32,000 bases of DNA, taken from Nitrosopumilaceae archaeon (GTDB lineage Archaea > Thermoproteota > Nitrososphaeria > Nitrososphaerales > Nitrosopumilaceae). Location of the stretch: assembly GCA_035527875.1 (NCBI GenBank), contig DATKZR010000052.1, forward strand, positions 6,431 through 38,430, written 5' to 3'. This document shows, piece after piece, positions 23,517-31,088 of this stretch (positions are counted from its first letter, which is position 1; every line of letters starts with the position of its first letter). Both the position numbers and the translations under genes were made by a program. The notes below the pieces were generated by a model that was not told the DNA's origin, made no database searches, and saw only the letters and a program-made list of their open reading frames with translations.

Positions 23517-25262
23517 TTGGCAATATCTTTTGCTTTAGATAAAAAATTAATTATTTTAGTAATGGCTGTTTCAATTACCGCTTTATCAATTACTGCATTT
23601 TTGAGTTTTAATTATGCTGAACAGATTCTAAAGGAAAGAACTGGAGAACAATTGTTTGGTGAATCGACTATACGAGGTGACACAATCAGGATTTTATTTG
23701 AATCACGCATTGAACAAAATCAAATAATAACAACAGATCCCATGATTCAAATTCTGGTTTCTGAATTAAACCAGACTACCGAAGAAGAGCTTCAAGCAGA
23801 GATTGAAGAAAAACGTCGAGTTTTCTTAGCACAAATTCAAGCGTTCCAAGCGCTTATCGGATTTTCTATTGGCTTTGAAGATGTAAAAATAATTGGAAAA
23901 AATGGAGATCTTTTCTTTTCACTGGGAAGAACCGAGAAAGATAATTTCTTAAGCGATCCTTTATTTCAAAAAGGATTACAATCCTCATTTGTAGACTTTG
24001 AACCGTTCCAAAATAATAAAAAAATGATTGTAATATCTCCAATTTTTTCAAATAATAGTAAAATCGGAGATGAGCCAATTGGAATTATAATATCTAGAAT
24101 GAGAAGTGAAGCAATAGATAATATTTTACAAAATAAAAGTGGTCTTGGGGAATCAGGAGAAATCTATATCGTTAATAGCAATTTTTTGATGCTATCGGAA
24201 TCTAGATTTATTGAAAATTCTATCTTCACACAAAAAGTGGACACCACTGCTGTCCAAAAGTGTTTTAATGAAGGAATGGATTATGATGGACTGTATTCAG
24301 ATTATAGGGGAATTCTCACTTATGGTTCATCACATTGTGCAAGTGATTTAGGATTTGTATTGCTTGCAGAAATTGATGAAGCTGAAACAATTCAACCAAT
24401 TCTAATTCTACAAGAAAGGATATTCCAAACTGGTCTTGTAATCACGACAGGGATGGGAATTATTGCATTTATTGTTTCAAGAACCCTTTCAAAGCCCTTG
24501 ATTAAATTGAAAAATGCTGCAAATACAATTGCAAAGGGCAATTTTGAGGTAAGAACCAAGATTACAACAACAGATGAAATAGGTGAACTCTCACAAGCAT
24601 TTGATTTAATGGCCCAAAAACTTCAAGAATCATTAATTGAAATTAAAGAAAAAGAAGAGGTTATCAAACAACAAGAAGATATTCTTTTACAGTTTTCAGA
24701 TTATAGCGAAAAATATTGTGTTTGTATGATAGACATTATTAACTCCACAAAAATTACATCTCAACTATCAGATTCCCAAACAAGCGAATTCTATAGGATT
24801 TTCCTAAATTCTCTAGCAATTATTGTGCGAAATTTTGGTGGAATTGTTATAAAAAATATTGGCGATGCATTATTATTTTATTTCCCAGTTCAACAATCAG
24901 AAAAAGAATTCACAATAAAGAAATGTCTAAACTGTTGCTTGAAATTAGGAGAATCACATAAAGACATTACAACAAAATTACAAAATGAAAATCTACCTAT
25001 TGTTGACTATAGGACTAGTGCTACATTTGGAATGGTAAGAATAGCCAGAACCTCAACCTCATCTGTTAATGATATTTTTGGAACTACTGTTAATCGTTGT
25101 GCCAAAATAAACAGAACTGCTCCGGCAAATGGATTGATTATAGGAGAAGATTTGTATGAAAATGCAAAAAATCTTGAGGGTTTTGAGTTTAAAAAAGTAA
25201 GAAGCGATCTAGTTTCGCCCGAGCATGGTTTTTCCGGATTCATTGTTTCTAGAAAAAAATAA
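23517..25262 (+). CDS. Membrane sensor nucleotide cyclase: TM, Cache-like extracytoplasmic domain, TM, HAMP, class III adenylate/guanylate cyclase domain
   Basis: Two TM helices flank a domain of about 270 aa with a Cache-like segment (SGLGESGEIYIVNSNFLMLSESRF). HAMP region LSKPLIKLKNAANTIAKGNFEVRTKITTTDEIGELSQAFDLMAQKL. Cyclase motifs CMIDIINSTK, IKNIGDALLFYF and FGTTVNRCAKINR. TTG start. Confidence 0.8.
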   Translation: MAISFALDKKLIILVMAVSITALSITAFLSFNYAEQILKERTGEQLFGESTIRGDTIRILFESRIEQNQIITTDPMIQILVSELNQTTEEELQAEIEEKRRVFLAQIQAFQALIGFSIGFEDVKIIGKNGDLFFSLGRTEKDNFLSDPLFQKGLQSSFVDFEPFQNNKKMIVISPIFSNNSKIGDEPIGIIISRMRSEAIDNILQNKSGLGESGEIYIVNSNFLMLSESRFIENSIFTQKVDTTAVQKCFNEGMDYDGLYSDYRGILTYGSSHCASDLGFVLLAEIDEAETIQPILILQERIFQTGLVITTGMGIIAFIVSRTLSKPLIKLKNAANTIAKGNFEVRTKITTTDEIGELSQAFDLMAQKLQESLIEIKEKEEVIKQQEDILLQFSDYSEKYCVCMIDIINSTKITSQLSDSQTSEFYRIFLNSLAIIVRNFGGIVIKNIGDALLFYFPVQQSEKEFTIKKCLNCCLKLGESHKDITTKLQNENLPIVDYRTSATFGMVRIARTSTSSVNDIFGTTVNRCAKINRTAPANGLIIGEDLYENAKNLEGFEFKKVRSDLVSPEHGFSGFIVSRKK

Positions 25263-25303
25263 AAATAAATATCCAGCCGAAATTCCATAAAATCGAATTA
25301 AAG

Positions 25304-25630
25304 TTAAATTAAATTGGTCGATTTTTGTTTTGTAGAAATATCATAAGATTCTTCAACATTTGTGATAAAGATTTTTCCATCTCCCTTTTCACCTGTATGG
25401 GCAGTATCCATAATAGCTGATACAATAGAATCTAGTTGTGAGTCATTTACAACGGTAATAATTATGTCAGTTGAATTAAATTCAATTTGTTTTCCACCAA
25501 TTTCCGGCCTTTCACCTGCTCCCTGCCCTAAAGACTCAATTAATGTAACCCCACCTACACCTTTATTTCTAATAGCAGTTACTACGTTTCTTGAAATCTC
25601 ACTTTGTACTACAACTTCAATTCGTTTCAC
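25304..25630 (-). CDS. P-II (GlnB-like) family signal-transduction protein with an atypical T-loop
   Basis: MKRIEVVV..., GVGGVTLIESLGQGAG and the C-terminal HTGEKGDGKIFITNVEESYDI match the P-II fold signature. The T-loop (GQGAGERPEIGGKQIEF) is short and lacks the canonical Tyr. GTG start. Confidence 0.8.
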   Translation of the reverse strand: MKRIEVVVQSEISRNVVTAIRNKGVGGVTLIESLGQGAGERPEIGGKQIEFNSTDIIITVVNDSQLDSIVSAIMDTAHTGEKGDGKIFITNVEESYDISTKQKSTNLI

Positions 25631-25751
25631 AGAGTTTTTGAGAAAAGTTGCAATTTAAAAATATCTAAATATTTTCAAATTATCACAATTGAATATCAAT
25701 AAAGGAAATCTACCTATGCTTAAATAAATTTCAGGTGACAATTATGACATC

Positions 25752-26738
25752 TTGAATCGATTACTAGCTATACTTTTGATCGGTATACTTCCCTTGATTT
25801 CATCGGCATTTGCTGAGGATTACATCGTAGATATTCCATATGGCGCATTTAATCCTGAATTAAACACACCTGCAGAAGTTTGGTACGATCCACCTGTTAT
25901 CTCTATTATTGTAGATGATTCAATTACATGGTATAATGATGACAGGGAAGGTCATACAGTTACCAGTGGTGAGGGATCTGGAAGATTTGGTTGGATGAAT
26001 GATAATTTTGGAACACCTGATGGGGGTTTTGATAGTGACCGATTCATGCCAGGAGAATCATGGTCAATGAAATTTGAAGAGTCTGGAACTTTTTCATATT
26101 TCTGTACTATTCATCCTTGGATGGAAGGTGTAGTGATTGTTGAAAAAAAAATTCCAGATTTCCCTCATGATGCAACCGGACAGAAATTAGAATTTCCTCT
26201 CTTACAATATACTCCAGATAGACAAATAGAAGTTAATCTTTCCTGGGATCCGCCTGTAATCAAAACTCATGAGAAGATTCAATTTGTTTATCAATTTTAT
26301 GATCCCTCTACAAATTCTAATCTGGCTAAAATGAAATATGACTTTATAATTTTTCAAAATGGGAAAGAAATTTTTCGTGATGAGGGTTTAAATCAGATTG
26401 GTGGAGACTATCGTAATTTTGTTTTTGATAAATCTGGCTCAATAATTGTTAGAATAGAAGGAATTGAACCCTTATCTATCCTAGCTGAAGGAAGCGTTAC
26501 AGTATCTGGAAAAGTTGAGAATAAAGCTCAAAGATCAGTCGATTTTACTGGTGTAGTTTATGACAATCCAGAAAAAACTACTCACGAAGCTTATCACGTA
26601 CAGCCTGCACAAAGACTGGAACTTTATTATGAAATGACTATTACAATTATTTTAATACCTGCTGTAATGATGGTTGGATTGATAATTTGGATGAAGAGAA
26701 AACCAACAATTCCTGAGACTAAATCAAGTGCAGTTTGA
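25752..26738 (+). CDS. Membrane-anchored two-domain blue copper (cupredoxin) protein
   Basis: Signal peptide LLAILLIGILPLISSAFA. Type 1 Cu ligand pattern EGHTVTS ... YFCTIHPWMEGVV (His, Cys, His, Met). A second beta-rich domain and a C-terminal TM helix ITIILIPAVMMVGLIIW. TTG start. Confidence 0.8.
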   Translation: MNRLLAILLIGILPLISSAFAEDYIVDIPYGAFNPELNTPAEVWYDPPVISIIVDDSITWYNDDREGHTVTSGEGSGRFGWMNDNFGTPDGGFDSDRFMPGESWSMKFEESGTFSYFCTIHPWMEGVVIVEKKIPDFPHDATGQKLEFPLLQYTPDRQIEVNLSWDPPVIKTHEKIQFVYQFYDPSTNSNLAKMKYDFIIFQNGKEIFRDEGLNQIGGDYRNFVFDKSGSIIVRIEGIEPLSILAEGSVTVSGKVENKAQRSVDFTGVVYDNPEKTTHEAYHVQPAQRLELYYEMTITIILIPAVMMVGLIIWMKRKPTIPETKSSAV

Positions 26739-26780
26739 TTTTAAAAAATATAAAAAGAAATTGAAAATGATTGAATTCGA

Positions 26781-27080
26781 CTAGTCTACTAGTTCGGTCC
26801 AACCTTTTACGAAGACTGAATCTTTGTGGAGTGGAACTGGTTGTCCAACCGTAAAGTCCATTGGTCTCATCCAAAAGATTGCTTTTGTTGGGCATACACC
26901 AATGCATGCACCATCAGTAATACATCTCTCTGGATAAAAGACAAATGCTTTACCTCTCTTCCAGCCTTCGACTGGTTTTACTCTAAGGACATCTGGACCT
27001 AATGTTGTACAGATTTCTACACATAGTGCGCATCCGATACACATTTGTTCACTGATGTCAGGAAGTATTGCTACTGGCAT
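26781..27080 (-). CDS. Dicluster ferredoxin, probably 7Fe type ([4Fe-4S] plus [3Fe-4S])
   Basis: CIGCALCVEIC (CxxCxxCxxxC) plus CITDGACIGVCP, the CxxDGxCxxxCP form typical of [3Fe-4S] sites in Sulfolobus-type ferredoxins. ATG 27080 is preferred because TTATATAAAG (27105-27114, minus strand) is centred about 29 nt upstream. Confidence 0.8.
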   Translation of the reverse strand: MPVAILPDISEQMCIGCALCVEICTTLGPDVLRVKPVEGWKRGKAFVFYPERCITDGACIGVCPTKAIFWMRPMDFTVGQPVPLHKDSVFVKGWTELVD

Positions 27081-27191
27081 TACAAAATTTTTTCCTCTTT
27101 TGACCTTTATATAACTTGCCAAGAAAATTTGGATTATAACACTGTTTAAAATTTTATAACGCTGTTTGAAAATCTGATCGCTTTAGAAGAA

Positions 27192-27806
27192 TCATTTTTT
27201 GATTTCAAATGACTTGTAATACTGTTGTTTTTTATCTATTAATTTTAGAATTAAACTTGTCTCAGACATACCAAGATAATACATGCCAGATTTTTTTGAT
27301 TCCATCAAATGTCTTCCACTTGGAGAAAGAATCATTTCTCCATCATCATTTTCTATTGCCATAGCAGTGACCACAATCAGCGATTTTGAATTTCTTGCTA
27401 CAGATGATAATAACATAATGGCTGCATTGATAAATCTAGCCGATTCAAACTCATCAAACATGTTGTAAATCCCATTTAAAGAATCTAAAATGACAAGAAT
27501 CCTTTCTCTCGAAATTTCTTTAAGAATTTCTTTAAGATCTTTTTCCCAGTTGGCTCTACTAGACTGATAAATCTTGACATTTTCATTTTTTTTAATCATC
27601 CCAGAAATAAAAAAACCACTATACAATAAATCAAAATCTAAAAAAATTACTGGAAAAGTATTAGAATCTACTAATCTATTTAAAAATTCAGCTTTTAGAA
27701 AAGGTTTAGCACATAAAATAATATTAGGATTTTTACCTGAAAATTCATTTTTAATTTGTGTAAGGTCATTATCTAAAACCTGCTTAGGATTTTTATCCAA
27801 CACCAA
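27192..27806 (-). CDS. Hypothetical protein, possibly RecA/KaiC-superfamily fold with a degenerate Walker A
   Basis: ERILVILDSLNGIY resembles a RecA/KaiC Walker B strand (hhhhDS) and SLIVVTAMAIE the following strand. The region where GxxGxGKT is expected reads NIILCAKPFLKAEF. TTG/GTG start only. Confidence 0.45.
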   Translation of the reverse strand: MVLDKNPKQVLDNDLTQIKNEFSGKNPNIILCAKPFLKAEFLNRLVDSNTFPVIFLDFDLLYSGFFISGMIKKNENVKIYQSSRANWEKDLKEILKEISRERILVILDSLNGIYNMFDEFESARFINAAIMLLSSVARNSKSLIVVTAMAIENDDGEMILSPSGRHLMESKKSGMYYLGMSETSLILKLIDKKQQYYKSFEIKK

Positions 27807-27829
27807 ATTAGCAACTTACAGATATAATA

Positions 27830-28978
27830 ATGAATTTAGACTCCAAAGATGTATCTGAGGATTTTCCAACGAACAAAATCTATCTAAATAATGCCTCTGT
27901 TTCCTTAATGCCTAAACAAAGTATTGAGGCTATGAAAGAATTTCTAATTTCCTACAATTCAATGGGGCCTGATTCTATCGATTCTGAACCATTTGTTACA
28001 GAAATATTAAGGAAAACTAGAAAAATCATAGCAAAGATAGTAAATTGTCAACCTGATGAGATAATATTAACTCAAAGTACCACCGACGGTATAAATCTCG
28101 TAGCCAATGGTCTTTCTTTTGATTCAAACTCTAATATTATTATTCGTGGAATGTCTCATGAACATCACGCAAATTTTTATCCTTGGATTCGTCTAAAAAA
28201 TAAATTAGAAATTAAGAATCTCTCAATAGATGAGAATGGTCTTTTTAATATTGATGATTTAAAGAAATTACTAGATAACAATACCAAATTAGTATCACTT
28301 AGTCATGCATTGTATAATACTGGTTCAATTTTGCCGATAGAAAAAATTGGAACAATTCTTGATAATAAAACTCCCTTTTTCCTTGACAGTGCTCAAACTG
28401 TTGGTTGTATAGGCAATTTTGATGTAAAAAATCTTAAATGTAATTTTATGGCATTTAATGGATCAAAATGGCTCTGCGGACCCATGGGGACAGGATTATT
28501 TTATTGTGATCGAAAATCAAGTGAATTACTTGAACCTATTTCCATAGGAGGTGAATCTGCAATGTTATACGATGATTCAAATTTATCATTTAAAGAACTG
28601 CCTGAAAAATTTCAAACGGGATTTCGTAATTATGTTGGAATAGTTGGATTAGAATCCTCAGCAAATTATCTTTACAGGTATGGCATGGAAAATATACGTA
28701 AAAAAAATATACACCTCTCAAATATGCTCAGAGAAGAATTATCTAAAAATAATAAAATAACTTTTTACGGTCCAAAAATTGCTAAGGACCGTACCAGCAT
28801 AATTTCGTTTACCATAGATGGATATGAATCGCAATTGGTCGTGGAAAAATTAGAAAAACAAGGCATAGTTTTAGCAGTTAGAGAAATCTTTGACAAAAAG
28901 ATTATTCGAGCTTCGCCCCATTTTTTTAATACTGAATCTGAAATTCTTCAAGTTATAGACGCAGTAAAAAAATTATAG
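27830..28978 (+). CDS. Class V aminotransferase-fold PLP-dependent enzyme (cysteine desulfurase-like but without an obvious catalytic Cys loop)
   Basis: IYLNNASVSLMP, TQSTTDGINL, HALYNTGSILP, FMAFNGSKWLCGPMGTGLFY (PLP Lys context) and IIRASPHFFNTESEI. No Cys in the C-terminal loop, where SufS/NifS carry the persulfide cysteine. Confidence 0.75.
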   Translation: MNLDSKDVSEDFPTNKIYLNNASVSLMPKQSIEAMKEFLISYNSMGPDSIDSEPFVTEILRKTRKIIAKIVNCQPDEIILTQSTTDGINLVANGLSFDSNSNIIIRGMSHEHHANFYPWIRLKNKLEIKNLSIDENGLFNIDDLKKLLDNNTKLVSLSHALYNTGSILPIEKIGTILDNKTPFFLDSAQTVGCIGNFDVKNLKCNFMAFNGSKWLCGPMGTGLFYCDRKSSELLEPISIGGESAMLYDDSNLSFKELPEKFQTGFRNYVGIVGLESSANYLYRYGMENIRKKNIHLSNMLREELSKNNKITFYGPKIAKDRTSIISFTIDGYESQLVVEKLEKQGIVLAVREIFDKKIIRASPHFFNTESEILQVIDAVKKL

Positions 28979-29230
28979 GTTCTCTTGTTCCTCTATAACC
29001 ATCATTGTTAGGGTTGATTGTACCTTACTTATTTTCCTAATCTTATTTGTAATGATTGACCGTAAATTTTCAGCATCATCTGAAGATAATTTCAAAACTA
29101 TGTCATAAACTCCGTAAACACCCTGAATCTCAAATTGAATATCTTCTTCTTGAAGAATTGGTTTTATCTCCTCAATTATGGAGCTATCTGAACCCAGATC
29201 CGAATTTAACAAGACATATGCTATAGGCAT
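28973..29230 (-). CDS. Stand-alone Lrp/AsnC-type ligand-binding (RAM) domain protein
   Basis: About 85 aa with no HTH. The pattern AYVLLN......I.EEI..I..V.E..GVYGVYDIVLKL...D.E.L..II.NKIRKI..V..T.T is typical of the RAM/ACT-like fold. ATG 29230 is preferred over ATG 29245. Confidence 0.65.
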   Translation of the reverse strand: MPIAYVLLNSDLGSDSSIIEEIKPILQEEDIQFEIQGVYGVYDIVLKLSSDDAENLRSIITNKIRKISKVQSTLTMMVIEEQENL

Positions 29231-29307
29231 GTTGCAGATTTTCATGAACAGTATTTAACCTTTAATGAAGATAAAAGACTGATTAACTATCCTAGAGTTC
29301 CACTGAT

Positions 29308-29952
29308 GTGAAACATTTAGATCTAACATTAACAATTTCGGAAGCAATTCCAAACTTTCCTGGTTCGCCTTCTCCTCAATTCATTCCTTGGTCTACAATA
29401 AAGGACAGTGGTTATAATCTTGAATTATTATTTTTAAGTACTCATACTGGAACACATCTGGATGCCCCATTTCATTTTGCAAAAAAAGGAGAAAAAATAC
29501 ATCAAATTCCTATAACCCGACTTACAGGAGAGGCATTATTAATCAAAATTAAAAAATTAAGAGATCAGGCGATCACAAAAAATGATTTACTTGAATTTGA
29601 ACAAAAACACGGAGAAATCAAAACTTTTTCTTCAATTATTTTTTTCACGGATTGGCAAAAAAATTTGAATAAGAATTTTTACTTTACAAATAATCCAGGT
29701 TTATCTAAATCCGCAACTGATTACCTAATTTCAAAAAAAATTAACTTGGTTGGAATTGATTCTCCTAGCATTGATTTAGGGACAGACACAAATTTTACAG
29801 CTCACAAAATTTTGGCAAAAAATAATATCTTAATAGTTGAAAATCTTTCTAATCTAGAAAAAATACCTACTTTGAAGTTTGATTTTATTATTTTACCTCT
29901 TAAACTAAAAGATGCTACAGGGTCTCCCGTTAGAGCAATAGCTAATTATTGA
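29308..29952 (+). CDS. Cyclase-family protein (kynurenine/aryl-formamidase-like metal hydrolase)
   Basis: HTGTHLDAPFHF matches the HxGTHxDxPxH metal-binding signature of the putative-cyclase/KynB family. GTG start. Confidence 0.8.
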   Translation: MKHLDLTLTISEAIPNFPGSPSPQFIPWSTIKDSGYNLELLFLSTHTGTHLDAPFHFAKKGEKIHQIPITRLTGEALLIKIKKLRDQAITKNDLLEFEQKHGEIKTFSSIIFFTDWQKNLNKNFYFTNNPGLSKSATDYLISKKINLVGIDSPSIDLGTDTNFTAHKILAKNNILIVENLSNLEKIPTLKFDFIILPLKLKDATGSPVRAIANY

Positions 29953-31004
29953 ACAAAATGAAATCGATTTTTTTTATAATTTTTTGATAATTTACCTACA
30001 ATTGGAATTTGATTTCCACAAAATTGACACTGATTCTTTTCATTAAGATTCCATGACTCTATATCAAAACTAAATCTCTTGATAACGATATTATTGCATT
30101 CAGGACAGTATGTGTGTTCTAATGGATGACCGGGGACATTTCCAATATAGGCGTACTTTAGCCCAATCTTCTTGGCAATCTCGTGATGTTTTTCCAAGGT
30201 TTTCACTGGAGTAGAATCAAACTCCATCATTTTATAATCAGGGTGAAAACGCAAAAAGTGAATAGGCATTTCTGGTCCAAATTCATCATAAACAAATCTG
30301 CATAATTTTTCTGCATAATCTAAACTATCCCCCACTTGCGGAATAACCAAATCTGTAATCTCTACATGAATTTTTGTTTTGTCTCGAATTTCTAAAAGTG
30401 TATCGAAAACTGGTTTAGGATCTGGAACTCCAATGTATTTTCTTGTAAACTCTGGTTCAGCATTACCTTTGAAATCAACCGTAATAGAATCCAGAAATTC
30501 CCCCATCATTTTCACGGATTCTGGAGTATCATATCCATTTGAAACAAAAATGTTGTAAAGATTTTTCTGATGTGCTTCCACCCCACAATCCCTTGCAAAT
30601 TCAATGAAAATGGAGGGTTCGTTATACGTATAGGCAATACCATCTGCGCCATTATCTACAGCTGTTTGTACAACTTCTTGTGGAGTCATATCAACACCTT
30701 CAATTTTTCGCCTTTGACTAATATCATAATTTTGACAATACTTGCAAAGCCAATTACATCCTGTAGTGGCAATAGAATATACTTTTGAGCCTGGATGATA
30801 ATGGGTCACGGGTTTTTTTTCAATAGGATCAACATGACCCGCTATTACTTTACCATATACAAACAAGTCCAGTTTTCCATTTTGATTCCCTCTAATTCCG
30901 CAAAGACCAATTTGTCCTTCTGCCATCTCACAATATCTGGCACAAGCTGTACAACGTACCTTGTTGTTAGGTAATTTTTCATAAAGAACTGCTTCTTTTC
31001 CCAT
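29946..31004 (-). CDS. AmmeMemoRadiSam-system radical SAM enzyme (PflA-like activase fold)
   Basis: The N-terminal Cys cluster VRCTACARYCEMAEGQIGLCGIR, PIEKKPVTHYHPGS and the radical SAM motif GCNWLCKYCQNYDIS are characteristic of this family. C-terminal CPEC...CQFC zinc ribbon. Confidence 0.85.
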   Translation of the reverse strand: MGKEAVLYEKLPNNKVRCTACARYCEMAEGQIGLCGIRGNQNGKLDLFVYGKVIAGHVDPIEKKPVTHYHPGSKVYSIATTGCNWLCKYCQNYDISQRRKIEGVDMTPQEVVQTAVDNGADGIAYTYNEPSIFIEFARDCGVEAHQKNLYNIFVSNGYDTPESVKMMGEFLDSITVDFKGNAEPEFTRKYIGVPDPKPVFDTLLEIRDKTKIHVEITDLVIPQVGDSLDYAEKLCRFVYDEFGPEMPIHFLRFHPDYKMMEFDSTPVKTLEKHHEIAKKIGLKYAYIGNVPGHPLEHTYCPECNNIVIKRFSFDIESWNLNEKNQCQFCGNQIPIVGKLSKNYKKNRFHFVQ

Positions 31005-31088
31005 TTTAAATTATACTATATGTTTTTCAAATATAAGGTGAATGCATTTTTCGCAATGCTAAAAATATACAATATACCATCAATACAC

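Noticed and set aside
83-31004. Many track ORFs of 60-137 aa lying antisense to, or out of frame within, the genes called above. Examples: 83-346, 987-1400, 1860-2132, 2626-2919, 2996-3361, 3390-3817, 4054-4257, 4719-5042, 5737-5970, 7407-7694, 8159-8440, 8780-9266, 9748-10050, 10375-10578, 11055-11556, 13829-14089, 15376-15639, 15962-16240, 16873-17058, 18276-18594, 20169-20396, 20667-20942, 21216-21548, 22419-22682, 23866-24078, 25007-25288, 25362-25658, 26719-26907, 27283-27468, 27574-27858, 30570-30788.
   Set aside because: Each overlaps a longer ORF with clear family motifs on the other strand or in another frame. Their translations are low-complexity (Ile/Phe/Ser/Leu-rich), as expected for shadow ORFs in AT-rich DNA, and none shows a recognisable motif.
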